From Sphagnum compactum (taxonomy: Eukaryota): DNA of 64,000 nucleotides. Each line of letters starts with the position of its first letter. The stretch's first letter is position 1. Shown here one piece after another: positions 1 through 13,493 of this stretch. Location of the stretch: positions 9,786,213-9,850,212 of the forward strand of contig OZ234493.1 in NCBI GenBank assembly GCA_965153455.1, in the 5' to 3' direction. The position numbers and the translations under genes were made by a program. The notes beneath the pieces are model-generated. The model had not been told where the DNA came from, searched no databases, and saw only the letters and a program-made list of their open reading frames with translations.

Positions 1-479
1 GTACCATAGTAAGAGATTTGTTTTTTTGTGTTCATCGTGTTCATTTTGAGGTTGTGGCTTGTGTATCTATGTTTAATATTATTGAACTGGTGCATCATTG
101 CGTTTATTTTCATTTTTGTATTCCTACAAATTTGTTACCAAAGGTTCCTAGACTTTTTTTTTGGTCACTTTCATCTTCTATACTTCCACTTGTTTGTTGC
201 CAAAGGTCAAGATTGAAGGTGCATTTTTGTTTACTATGACCCCTCTAAAACCTCCTTCCAATTTCCACTTTTGCCTTTTTTTTTATAGCTTTTTCATATA
301 TAGTTCTACCATTGTTGATTTAACCCTTGAAACAAACATCTAGGCATCCTCCTAAATGTTCCTCTACTTATTTTTACACATATGTTTGAAGTTAAGCTAA
401 TAGTGAAGTTGCACCAAATGTTGTTACTACAAAGCTTACTATAGACCTATTGAACATATGTTTGTTAAATCAATGAGGA

Positions 480-1030
480 AGAAACCCAAAAGATTAGAGT
501 GGGAGTTCAAAAATATTTACCAAGATCATTGGGCAACAAGATCTTCTTAGTTTGAGCTTGTTTATGGGGAGGATGGTAAAATGAAAATGGTGAAATGCAA
601 GAGTTTTTTGTCATTGAAAAGAGGGATAAGTTGTTGCTCCCCAAACTTGACTCTTTGATTGAACATTTTGGTCTTAGGAAGTGCACAAAGGCTTGAGTAG
701 GAGTTATTAATGTTGGGGATTATTTTTCAAATCCTACTAACTAGGATGTGAAAAATGAATTTTTTTTGCATTCATAGATTGCAATTTAATTTTTGTTCTA
801 AAGGCAAAGAAGAAGAAAAAATATGCAAAATTTGTTGCAATTTGGCATTTATTGAAACAAGGGTGCCCCATGACAAATTTCAAATCCTTCAAGCTTTTTT
901 TTCCATTTTTTAAAGTTGCCAAAATGCCCTAATTAAGAAGCACTAGTCTAATTCTACTAGCTCGTCCATGACAAAGGGTATGCATGCGGTTGTTTTGAAG
1001 GTAATATCAATGCAAGTTAGCGTGGCTTGC
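480..1030 (+). mobile_element. Degenerate hAT-type (ZNF862-like) transposase fragment
   Basis: Translation across stops and frameshifts gives WEFKNIYQDHWATR..FELVYGEDGKMKMVKCK..IEKRDKLLLPKLDSL..FVAIWHLLKQGCPMTNF. This parallels the remnant at 33094-34085 (RKFQLMW..VRCKVYTTIDRKPYLLAPKLDIL..FATLFQIL). Family assigned by recognition, not by a search. Confidence 0.55.
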
Positions 1031-1569
1031 TTTTTATATCACGTTATAGTTCCTTGTAGGGTGTGATCTATAATGATGTAATGAACATTTAGTAAAATCA
1101 TCAATACGTCATTTCAAATGGGTTTGGATTGTCAACTTGAAGCTAAACACATACATAATAAATTTATGCCACAAATGTACACCAAACATAAAGATATGGA
1201 GTTTTGAAATAATTACATGTGGATAGTTTAAACATCCTACATTTTCATGTAAAAGAATTTTTGTACATCATTTTCATTCCAAACATGTTGTATAGGGACT
1301 TAGCATATGATACACTAAGAAATTCCATCATATGACTAAAAGTGGCATAAGGATTAAAAATGGCATAAACAATGGGTTTAATTCAACTACAAATGGCATA
1401 AGTGATTAGTTTAATAAAAAATGTCTAGTCATAGAATGACATTTTTGCTAGAAAAGTCTTACCCAAAAATTAATTTTGAACTTTGAATGACCAAGCTTGA
1501 ACCTTTTTTTCCAAAAGTCCTTAGTGGAATCATTTTTTATTAGTTTTTGTTTTAAAAAAGTCTAGCATG

Positions 1570-2600
1570 ATAAATGACGATGTGGACAAAACTGCGACAG
1601 ATGCTAGACGACAACGAATGCGAGATGGCGACAAATGACGATGGATTACGAGGAACAGTGATGGCGAAGGATGGTGACGGATGGCGACGAACTACGACAA
1701 CGATAGTGATGAACGACAATTGCGATGGACAACGACGACAACGGACAGCGGCTACGACGGCTACGAACGGTAATAGTGACAGATGACAACTCCAACGGAC
1801 GGCAACTCCAACGGATGGCGACTCTAACGGACGGCGACTACAACGGACGGCGACTACAACGGACGGTGACTGCAACGGACGGCAACTACAATAGACGGCG
1901 ACTACAATGGACGGTGATTGCAATGGACGGTGATGGCGACGAACGGTGATGGAAATAGATGACGACTACGACAGACCACGACGACGACAATGACGAATGG
2001 CGATGGCAATAGACCGCGAGGACGACAACATTACGACGGTAATGGCAACAGGCCGCGAGGACGTTGCAACGGCGATGGTGACGGGCCGCAACGATGACGA
2101 CGCTCGACGACGTTGCGACGGCAATGGCGATGGGTTGCGACGACGATGATGCTGGACGACGTTACAACGGATTACAATGGCGATTACGACAAACTGGGAC
2201 AACGTTGGACGGCAATTACAACAGACTGCGATGGCACTCGACGACGATTGCAACGAACTGTGACGACACTAGATGATGATTACGACGAATTGCGACGACG
2301 CTGGACGGTGACTACGATGATGGTGACGGCGATGGCACTGGACGGCAACTGCGACGAATGGTAATGGCGACGGCAACGACGTTGGACGATGATTGTGACA
2401 GATGGTGACGGCAATGACACTGGACGACGACTATGACAGACGGTGATGATGTTGGACGACGATTATGACAAATGGCGATGACAATGGTGCTGGTCGACAA
2501 CTGCGACGAATAGCGACAATGACAGCGTTGGACGATGACTATGACGGACGGCGACAACAACGGCGTTGGACGATGACGACTACGACGTCGATGGACGGTG
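1570..2600. repeat. GAC-rich degenerate simple/minisatellite repeat
   Basis: Dense GACGAC/GATGAC motifs with ~18-bp units such as ACGGACGGCGACTACAAC (clearest at 1790-1915). It explains the low-complexity ORFs on both strands. Confidence 0.85.
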
Positions 2601-3754
2601 AGTTCAACAGCGACAGCGCTAGAGAGCAATCCATGTCTTCGAGCTCTGCAGTAATGGCGTGCAAAAGAAAAGAAAGAAATTGTTTTTTTTCTACTTTGTG
2701 TTTTTTTTTCTTTGTAGGAATTCCAGGCGAAATGTGAAGGTTGTTGTGGTTGAAAGGTCAGAGGCTGAAACTGAGAGGTTGAAGGGGATGGCGTCCTTGT
2801 CTCTAGTTCCAATCAGCAACACCCACAAGTGACATAAGCAAGAGTTTGTTGCAATAGATGGTGGTGGTGGTGCTGTAGCGCGTGTTACCGTCGTTTCACT
2901 TGCTCCTCTTGTTCTTGGTTCAAAGCTCGCTATGAACAAGAAACGAACGGTGCATCATGCCAAGGGTAATAGTAGCAGCAACGGTAAGGCCGCGGCGAAT
3001 GTGACCATTAAAAGCTTACGAGCATAGGTGCAGCGACTGGAGAAGCAACGCCAATTTTTTCACTAGTTGGAGACTTGAAGCGTTCCTTGGCGTCAATGCT
3101 GAAGCCGCGTTCGTCGACATTGAATTGAAAGCTGGTGATGGCTTATCTTTAGATGTAGATCAGTGCATAGATGTTCGACGACTGTTGTATAATAGCCAAC
3201 GTGGGCTTTTCCAGTGTCCCTTCTCCCTCGCTTAGACTATTGTTAGTTATGGATTTTGTTGTTCCTGTTATAGCTACAATACAAGAGTAGAAAAAGAAGA
3301 AGTAGCAACAACTCAAGAACACAAGAAACCAGTAAGCAAAAGAAACCCAAGAAACTCAAAGCTAGGAAGGAAAGAGACCAGGAAAAATCTGCTGCTTTTA
3401 ACATTAAGCGATAGAGAACAATTTTTCTAGAATTAAATTGAATCGAAAAGAAGGAAAAAAAATGTAGTGTATGTAAATGGTGACCGTGTAATAGTTGTCG
3501 TGAACATCTAAAAATCCAATCTAACTTAAGGAGGAAACTCTCTCTGACAAAAGGAATTTTAGAAATTGACAAGAAAAGGGAAAAGCTTGGCCTTTTGTAC
3601 AATCATCAACAAAGCTGAAACCTTAAACAAACCATAACCTTAAAACACATAATAATGTACAGTAACCTAAGAACGTACATTAACCCTAAGGGCATGATTG
3701 GCATGCCCGTAACTGGCCGTCATGTATGAAGCCATGCATACGGGCATGACAATA

Positions 3755-4130
3755 TAACTTAACCATTATTCATTTATCCATAATTAATTATTCCATCATT
3801 TTGTTGGCCATGTTTAATTTAATTATGGCTAGTTTAGCCATTAATTTAGCAATTATAAATAGTTTAACCATGGTCAATTTAACAATAGTTGGTTTAGCTT
3901 TAGTAAGTTTAGCCATGATAATTAGTTTAGCATAATTAATTTAACCATTACTAGTTGGGCCATTGTTGGTTTTGCCATAATGAATTTAACCATGGTAAAT
4001 ATAAACATAACTAAATTAGCTATATTTATTTTTAACATATTATTATTATACCCTAATAAATTTAACCATAATCAATAGACCCATAATTAAATTAAAAACT
4101 ATTGTTAATTTAACCATGGTTGGTTTTGCC
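3755..4130. repeat. AT-rich degenerate short-unit repeat (TTAACCAT/TTAGCCAT)
   Basis: Many copies of (A)TTTAACCAT and TTTAGCCAT variants at short spacing. Confidence 0.6.
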
Positions 4131-4149
4131 TTGTATTTCGTTTGCACCC

Positions 4150-6000
4150 ATTAAGAATTTGCAACGATCATGGCTCCAATTATGAAGTTCATAAAGAAGG
4201 CAAAAAATTCTATGGACAGAGGAGTGCTAGTAAGCTTGGGAACTAATTAAGTAGAAGTATATTGAAGCAATGATTTTAATACCACCAAAATGGGACGTGG
4301 AGTTCCATGTTCACACATATGCATCATTATTGGTTGTGGGAGTTTTATAGGCACAAAATATAATAGGGAAGAGTGATCAACCAATAGTGTATGCTTTTAG
4401 ACTTCTTAATAGTGCTGAATAAAATTATAGTACCATAGAAAAAAAAAGCCTTAGTTATGGTCTTTGCATTGCATAAGTTTAGGCATTATCTATTGGGAAA
4501 TAAGTTTGTATTTTATGTTGATCATATGGCTTTAGTTTACTTAATAAACAAACCACAAGTTTCAGGTAGAGTAGCTAGGTGGTTACTATTGTTTTTAGAA
4601 TATGATTTCACAGTGGTATACAAGTTAGGTAAAACTCATGTAGTTGTAGATGTTTTGTTTAGATTACCTGATGTCATAGAACCCTTAGGGGTCCTAGAAC
4701 AAACCACAGATGCTAGTTTATTTTTCACAAAACCAGAATGGTTGAATGATGTCATAATGTTTTTATAAACAAGATAGATGGAAGCGTCTTTGTCAACAAG
4801 GCAAAAACAATAGTTAGTTAAGAAGGATAAACCATTTACAATGAAGAATGAAGTTTTGTACAGGATGGGGTAGGACAATAGATTGAGGAGATGTCTATCA
4901 ACCATAAAAGCTTAGAAGGCGATGAAGAAGTTACATGAAGGAGTAGCAAGATGGCACTTTGTAATTGAGATCACATAGATTTTAGATGCAGGGTCCTAAT
5001 GGCCCACAATGTACAGAGATGTTAATGATTTCTATAGATCGTGTGATGCATGTCAGCACACTGGAAGGTTGGATACACAAAGTTTGGCCAAATTAGTAAC
5101 AATTCTTCTAGAAAAACCATTCATGAAACAGGGTTTGGATTTTGTAAGACTAATCAAACTAGCAGGAAGGTATACAAGGAATAAATACATATTGGTGGCC
5201 ACATATTACGTAACCAAATGGGTGAAGGCCAGAGCATTAAGGACAAATACTATAGCAGTAATAACAAAGTTTTTATATGATTGCATTCTTACTAGGTTTG
5301 GATGTCCATTAACTATAGTCACAGATTAGGGGGTGCATTTTATAAATGATGTTATAAAACATTTGATAGATTATTTCTTGTTGAAACATGTCAGTTCTAC
5401 TACTTATTACCCATAGGGAATGGTCAAGCAAAGTCCACTAACAAGGTATTGGGAACACTATTTACCAAGTTGGTTAGTGAGAATAATACAGATTGGGATG
5501 AACATCTACCTATAGTTTTATTTTCTTACAACACAACATACAAGGTAGCTATAGGGTACACACACCATATTAGTTAGTGTATGGGTTACATCTTTTAATG
5601 CCTACAAAATACATTCTACTAGTTATCAATAGTAACCACAGATAAGGAAATTTGATGAAGGTCTTAACCAATAGAATGTCAAAGCTAGAGAAGCTACAAA
5701 AGGATAGACTATAATTTAGGTTAAATTGGGAACTCAATAGTGGAATAGAGCTTTGTGGAGTCAACAAAAGAATACAAAAAAATAGTTTAAGTTTGGGGAT
5801 TTTGTTCTATGGTTTCCAAAAGGGAGTGAGTCACATTTGGGGAAGTTCACCAAAAAATGGTTTAGACCGTATAAGGTACAATATGTGTTACTTAATAATA
5901 TAATTTTATTGGTCACATTAACTAACTTTGAACCTAACCTTGTGTTAGTTAATATTAACAAGCTGAAACCATACCAATTTATTACATCAAAGGTGCAAAA
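4150..6000 (+). mobile_element. Ty3/gypsy LTR retrotransposon pol remnant (RNase H and integrase), pseudogenised
   Basis: RNase H-like LHKFRHYLLGNKFVFYVDHMAL..RVARWLLLFLEYDF (ORF 4457-4768). Integrase zinc motif CDACQ, core GLDFV..YVTKWV..IVTD (ORF 5009-5329) and C-terminal KFTKKWFRPYKV (ORF 5837). RNase H before integrase is the gypsy order. Many stops and frameshifts. Confidence 0.9.
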
Positions 6001-9000
6001 TTTTGAAGTATCCGATTTATTGGGAGGAACCATAGACTATAGATCAACCATGGAGAGGAATTCAAGAAAAAAAATGGTACAAATGAAGATGAAGATGACG
6101 AAGTAGCACCATGACGACTATGGATTCACGATAACAAATTAACCGATGTGTAGGATCGTACAAAAATTTGATGCATCATTAAAAAAATTGATTGACTCAA
6201 CTAATAAATCAGATGATGATATGGCTGAGTTGGAGACAACTACAACATACTTAGCAGAGAAGATGAAAGATGAAGGAGATGGTGACGCCCACATTTGGAT
6301 GAGTAAAAAAATTCAAAATGCATCCAAACCTTTGATCAAAAGTAACTACTTCCACGTGGATGTATAGGAGCAAGGCCATTATGAAAGGAATGAAGCACAT
6401 AAACAAGATGAAAAATTAATGAAAAATAGCAAGTTGTCTAAACAAAAAAACAGGAGGAGGGAATGGTTGTCAAACTTTCTTGCATTCGAAGTTACTTTAG
6501 AATGATTTTGTGTTTTTTTGAGGAATGTTGTAATATGAGTGAGGGGAGTGTGATAGAGAAACTATAGAGACTTGTAAGAGAGACAAAAACACAAAAGGTT
6601 GTCAAGCATGAGAGACATTATGTGGTAAAAGTTCTTGCAGGATAGAGGGAATTCTAGGTGGAGTTGGAGAGGCAGGTTGGCCAACCAGTTTACAACATTG
6701 TGCCGCTGAAAACAATTTCACCTTTGGCATCACTGTTGTCATTCGAATGTGAGGAGGGGAAATGATTCATAGAAAAAATTAATGAAATGGTTAGATGTGT
6801 AGAGGGTATCGAGGAGACAATAAAACCATTATTGGAGAGGTTGCGAAGTGAAATTTTTTGAAGGTAAGCAAAAATGGCAATGGGACTTGGTGCAACAACG
6901 CATGAACCTATGGAGATCCAAGATTGCAATGAAGAAGACAAAGAAGAAGGTGTTGGTGTGGTTCAGAGAATTATTGAAATTGTGACAGAAGTTGGTCAAA
7001 CCACATAAAGTTCATAGACAATGGTGCAGCCCTAGATGGTAGAACAACAACTCATGATTCCATGATCATCTTAATCAGGTTTGGCAAACTTACCAATAAC
7101 TATATTAGTAGATAGAAGAATTTAGCAGTGTTAGAAGATGGATCAACAAACTTTGGCTGAAAGGGGCACATTAAGATCCCAGATGGGAACATATATTTCT
7201 TTACACTAATTAAACAAAGTTATTCTAAGTAGGTGGAGAGAATGGAGGTGTGGAAACAAATAGGAAAGACAAAAGAGGATTAGGTTAGTAAGGTGGGGAT
7301 AGTCACATTGTTGGCCATTGAATGGAAGGAACTAGACAATGATGCATTAATAGAAATCTTGAATATTTTTGTGATCAAAGATCTGATATTTATTTACTAG
7401 GTGGAATATAGAGTATGTCATTAACAAACAGTTAATAGTTGATGCTTTTGGTGTTTGTCAGAGTGGTTATGTTGAGGATCTTAAAGGATAGGTGACCAAA
7501 GCCTTAGCATAAAAGTTGTTATACAAACATAATATCAATCCCCCTTACACTAATGCAAACCAATGGAACATTAAGAAGTGTCAACTATCAATTACTTTTA
7601 AATATCTCGTAATTATATTTGTGATTTATCAAAGGGTAAAGGTAAATTACATGAATAACAAGAATGCACTAACATTCATGAAGGTAACATTCAATCTGCA
7701 TTTCAAAAACCTCTAAACTTTTTTTTAAATGTCAAATTGAGATTGGATGTTCTTTTAAAAAGGAAGAACTGACCAACATGGGTTGTTTTTCTTTCTTAAT
7801 GGAGAGTATAATAACATGCCATTTTAACAACACACATTAAAGTTGAGAACCTACAATGACAAACATGCAATTTCGTTTCCATTTCCTTTTCATGTGTTTG
7901 TTTTTCTGTTTGTTAGTATGAATACTTAAAATTTAAACTTTCTTAGTGGAGGGGGGATGACTTGAGATTATTCAAGATAATGGAATCGAAAGAAACACAA
8001 CCATGTTGTAAAAACACAAGCTATGACAAAATGAAACAATGTTGACACTTGGAACCTTAGTGTTGGAGGGAAAAAAAAAACTAAAATTAAAAATCTAATA
8101 CAAGCTACAAGGGGTTCATTGTAAAATTTGTAACACATTACTTTCAAAACATCATACGAATAACCTTTCAAGCAAACCCCAAAACAAAATGACCTTACAA
8201 ATGGAATGTAAATGAAACCAAACATTGAAAAAAATTCCATGTAAGGAAAATGAAGGGAAGGTGAAAGAATATTCAACAATTTGATAGGTGTTTTAGCACC
8301 ACTTCAACCCCACACCATGAAACAATGAATCAAATCATTATGCCACTCTTTCTACTTATAGTTGGCACGTGAAGCATTCATGTGAGCACTCTTCCCACCT
8401 TTTCTTTCACCCAAATGTAAGTTTTATATTGCAACCATAGTTGAAAATCTCAATTGTAATATACTAAAGTTTCAATGGCTTTGAAGCTAAGTTGGAGTGA
8501 AGAATGAGAACTATGTAAAGTGATATGAAACAATGAAAAATAACAATACCTAAAGATTGAAGTAGAAGTTGCCATGGGCATGAAGCTTGGTGGAAAAAAA
8601 AGGTGAGGTGTTGGAAAAGGATGTGAAGTGGAGATGGTTTTACATCAAAGTGATAGGTAGTGAAATGAAGTTACATGTGTTGCCCCTCTAGCAAACCCCA
8701 ATTTGTAATGAATATTACGTGGGAACATGGTAAACCTAAATCATAAAGGTAATAATATGATGCAATGAATGGTCTAAATCCTTCCAAAATTAGATGGATG
8801 TGCTAGAAAAGCCATTCATAAGGAACCACTTTATGAATTAAATATAAACATTGGGCTTGTGCATCTTTCTTATTCTTTACTTGAATCAAGTTTCAAGTAT
8901 CTTTATTAAACTAACATCCCACACTTTCCAAAAAGATTCAAAGATCTAATTAAGATATTTACATTTTTTTTCAAAGACGTTTTTTACAAAAATCCTATTC

Positions 9001-9984
9001 TCTCCAATTTTTTTCAAGTATCTGAATCCAAAATTTCATGTTCTTTCCATTTTTTTTTCACAAATCCTCATTAAAAACGTTCATAATTTTTTTTCATGTA
9101 TAGTAAATAAGCCTACTTCCTTCTTCAATTGCAGAATGTGCAAGCTAACAAATCCCACCACCCTTTTCACAACAACCAACTCTAATTCCTTATGCAAGTT
9201 GCTATCGTCCCCAAATAATGCACATGAAATTGATTTATTTTCCTCCTAAAAGAAACATGCTTTCATCTTAGACGCAAATAGGCCTTGTTTGCTCTCCTCA
9301 CTCCTATTTCAAATTGTTGTTTGATATATTATTGTTATGCAAAGACCTGCTCCAAAAAATTTAGTGTGGATTTAGTAGGGTTAGGTGGAGGGCACCTTAT
9401 TGTGCATAACCTTTTAATTGGGCATTTTCAAAATCCAAGCCAGCATTTCGTTTTTTGAAATGCCCATCCCCACTTTTGTTTCCCCCCCCCCCCCCTTTCA
9501 GTGATACCCGGATCCGGGTATCATGAGATTTTATAAATAAAAAAAGTGACAGTTTGGAGCAGGTCTTTAAAGCTCCTAGTAAAGACCCCAGCAGCAGGCT
9601 TTACCAGATTTGGGGGCCTGTGCCAGCTCCATTTTGCATGGGCCTTAAAGCTCTCTACCTTGGGCTTTACCTTACACATAATAACTTTTGGAGTTGCACT
9701 TTCGTTCGTGAAATGGCCTCCCTTTCAGGCAGGCCCCCCTCAAATTGTCCCGGCCGTAAATGCTGTACTCCCAGGGTTTTACCCTACACCAATGGCTTGC
9801 CTTCATTTCTGAAAAGTTGGGATCAAAAATTTCCTCAGAAAAGGACTCAAAGAAAAGACACGACGACTTCTCCAAATTTTTGGATAAAAAGAAAAAAGAC
9901 CGCAATGCTCATGCGGGTGAGAGCGGATATGTTTTTAACCGCAGGGTATAACAATCCCCTTGCCGTGAAGTACTCTCAAGTGTC

Positions 9985-10056
9985 GGCCCGGCCCGGCCTC
10001 GCGGCCACGACGCGGCCTGCGCGCATGGCGGCATACCACCGTACCAACTAGGGTTT
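9985..10056 (+). promoter_or_regulatory. Proximal promoter motifs of importin beta: GGCCC repeats (site II-like) and telo-box
   Basis: GGCCCGGCCCGGCC at 9985-9998 and TAGGGTTT (reverse complement of AAACCCTA) at 10049-10056, about 180-250 bp before the ATG. This pairing is known from plant growth and housekeeping promoters. Confidence 0.55.
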
Positions 10057-10231
10057 CCGGGAGAGGCGTAGTTGCCTTCCCCAAGCGCAGTGCGATGCTG
10101 TTGTGATTCTCTCTCCGGTGGACGACGAGCGAGGGAACAGAGCGCGGTGCAGAAGAGGATTTGCTTGCTGCAGAAGAATAGTATTGGTGGTCTGGGAGTG
10201 GTAGGGGAGGTTTTGTGGACGCGCGCGGAGG

Positions 10232-13200
10232 ATGGCGCAGGAGGTGACGCAGATCCTGCTGAACGCTCAGTCGGCAGACGGGGTGGTGCGCAAAGTTGCA
10301 GAGGATAGTTTGAAACAGTTTCAGGAGCAAAATCTTGCCGGTTTTCTAATCGCCTTGTCGCATGAGCTCGCCAACAATGAGAAACCTCCTGACAGCCGTA
10401 AGCTCGCGGGGCTTATTCTTAAGAACTCACTGGACGCGAAGGAGACCGCCCGGAAGCAAGAGCTTGTCAGTCGATGGCTATCGTTGGATCCCGCGGTGAA
10501 GGCACAGATCAAGAGTGCGCTTTCGCAAACCTTGGATTCTGTGGTCCCTGATGCGAGGCATACATCTGCACAGGTGATCGCCAAAATTGCCGCTATCGAA
10601 CTTCCGCAGGGAGAATGGCCGGAGCTTGTCGGATCCCTACTGGCCAACATGGGGGGACCGCAGGTGGAGAAGCCGGCTCACCTGAAGCAAGCGACGCTGG
10701 AAACCCTCGGATATGTCTGCGAGGAGGTCTCCGCCGAGATTCTCGCACAAGAGCAGGTGAACTCGATCTTGACCGCCGTTGTGCAGGGCATGAATGCTTC
10801 GGAAACCAGTAACGATGTTAGGTTAGCGGCCACTAATGCCCTCTACAATGCCTTGGATTTCGCACAAACGAATTTCGAGAATGATATGGAGAGGGATTAC
10901 ATCATGAGAGTAGTGTGCGAGGCGACTCTGTCCCCAGACAGCCGCGTGCGACAGGCTGCCTTCGAATGTCTGGTCTCCATTGGCTCGACATACTATGAGA
11001 AACTGGCGCCCTACATGCAGGACGTTTTTGCAATCACTTCCAAGGCCGTCAAGGAAGATGAGGAGCCGGTGGCCTTGCAGGCAGTGGAGTTCTGGAGCTC
11101 AATCTGTGATGAGGAAATTGAAATCCAGGAGGAGTATAGTGGGGATTTCACTGGGGATTCTGAGGTGCCCTATTTCCAGTTCATCAAGCAGGCACTGCCG
11201 GCCCTGGTCCCCATGTTGCTGGAGACTCTGACAAAGCAGGATGAGGAGCAAGATCAAGAAGAGGGAGCTTGGAATCTTGCAATGGCAGGAGGGACTTGCT
11301 TGGGCCTTGTGGCTAGAGCAGTGGGTGATGATGTTGTTCCCTTAGTGATGCCTTATGTGCAGGAGAATGTGTCGAAGCCAGATTGGCGGTGTCGAGAAGC
11401 AGCCACTTATGCCTTTGGTTCCATTCTTGAGGGGCCGTCATTGCCAAAGCTTGCTCCACTGGTAAACGGTGCTCTGAACTTCATGTTGAGTGCTATGAAG
11501 GATGAGAACAACCATGTGAAAGATACAACAGCCTGGACACTGGGAAGGATTTTTGAGTTCCTGCATGGGCCTAATGTGCAATTCCCTGTCATTACACAAG
11601 AGAATTTGCCTATGATTCTTACAGTGCTTCTAGAAAGCATCAAGGACTCACCTAATGTGGCTGAGAAGGTTTGTGGAGCAATTTACTTCTTGGCACAAGG
11701 ATACGAGGAGAGTACAGGTGCTCCATCGCCTCTTTCTCCCTTTTTCCAAAGTATTGTTCAAGCACTTCTGGTCACTACAGATAGGGAGGATGTGGGTGAT
11801 TCACGACTTCGGACAGCAGCATATGAGACATTGAATGAGGTTGTGAGAATCTCAACAGAAGATACTGCTACAATTGTGATGCAGCTAGTGCCTGTCATTA
11901 TGCAAAAGCTTAACCACACCCTAGAGATGTCGGTTCTCTCTGCTGATGACCGAGAGAAGCAGAGTGAACTGCAGGCCCTTTTGTGCGGAGTATTGCAGGT
12001 GAGCTCCAACCTAATGTTCTTGATATGGAATGCATCTTGTTAATGATCTAATTGCTTTGATTGCAGTTCCCATACTGATACCTCTTTCCTTTCTTTGCAT
12101 GGTGCTAGGTGTGAAGACTTTCAGGGACAGTGGTTTTCCTTTTGTTTGAATCTGAGGAATCCATCTGCATGGGTTTTATGCAGGTCATTATCCAGAAGCT
12201 GGGAGCTTCAGACACAACTAAGTTTGGAATAGTACAGTATGGAGATCAGATGATGAGTCTATTCCTCCGTGTGTTTTCCTGCCGTAGTGCCACAGTTCAT
12301 GAAGAAGCCATGCTTGCAATTGGAGCATTGGCGTATTCAACAGGTACCGAGTTTGGCAAGTATATGACGGATTTTTATCGTTACTTGGAAATGGGGCTCC
12401 AGAACTTTGAAGAGTATCAGGTTTGTTTGAAGAATTAATCCTGGGGGCTTTCTTGTGAGTTACAAGTCATGTACATGTTGATGGGTTAGGTGTTGCTGCT
12501 TCAGTTCAGCATTGGATTTCTTATTGCTTGTATTATAGTTTTTGTGTCTGGTGCTATTAAGTTTTCTCTGAAGGAGCATTTGAATTTCTGCAAACCTGCA
12601 GGTGTGTGCTGTCACAGTGGGTGTGGTCGGCGATATTTGCCGTTCATTGGATGACAAAGTGCTGCCTTTCTGTGATGGTATCATGACCCAATTGCTGAAG
12701 GATCTATCCAGCAACCAGCTGCATCGCTCTGTCAAGCCTCCCATCTTCTCTTGCTTTGGAGATATTGCCCTGGCAATTGGGGAGAATTTTGAAAAGTACC
12801 TCATCTATGCCATGCCCATGCTCCAGGGGGCTGCTGAGCTTTCAGCCCAGCAAGTGATTCGTGATGATGAGTTAGTAGATTACAACAATCAGCTGCGAAG
12901 TGGAATTTTTGAAGCATATTCTGGAATCTTCCAGGGTTTTAAAGGCAACAAAGCTGAGCTGATGGTCCCATATGCAGGCCATATCTTACAATTTATTGAA
13001 AATGTTTACCAAGACAAGGACAGGTATGTATGCTGTTGCAGTTTTGCAAGTGTTTTCCTAGCACTTAAATCAATCATGTCTAATACTTAGGTCACCTTAT
13101 ATGTGTGCATGCTTGTTTCATTCAGTACCCCTTCTTTTGAGTTTACAGGTGGGAATAGAGGAAAGGGCAGTGGTACATAAACGGTGTTTTATGTTTTGCA

Positions 13201-13493
13201 AGGCTCTAGTTTTGCACCCTCCCTGTTATCTCAATATGCACTCTTTGTGTTTTGTCTTCCTACTCTGATATGCCCTGGGCTACTCTGGCAGAGATGACTC
13301 TGTGACAAAGGCAGCAATTGGGGTGATGGGAGATCTGGCTGACACTTTGGGGCCAAGTGCTGCACCCTTGTTCCTGCAAACTGTGTTCTACAAGGACTTC
13401 CTTGATGAGTGCACATCATCAGATGATCAGCATTTGAAAGAGACGGCAGAGTGGGCGCTGTCAAGCATTAACCGCATAACCAACATGGGCTGA
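10232..13493 (+). CDS. KPNB1: Importin subunit beta-1 (karyopherin beta-1); exons 10232-11998, 12184-12420, 12602-13023, 13292-13493; 875 aa
   Basis: N-terminus MAQEVTQILLNAQSADG..LAGLILKNSLDAK, acidic loop and DWRCREAATYAFGSILEGP typical of importin beta-1. All three introns are GT-AG and frames join. Total 2628 nt ending in TGA. Confidence 0.97.

Noticed and set aside
1552..2812. Many overlapping ORFs of 60-166 aa on both strands
   Set aside because: By-products of the GAC-rich repeat; low complexity and no domain motifs.
3241..3751. Possible solo LTR (TGTTA...ATGACA ends)
   Set aside because: Composition is LTR-like, but I found no matching TSD for either candidate start.
9554..10051. 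165-aa ORF upstream of importin beta
   Set aside because: Spans a dispersed repeat and the promoter, lacks an ATG start and has no recognisable motif.
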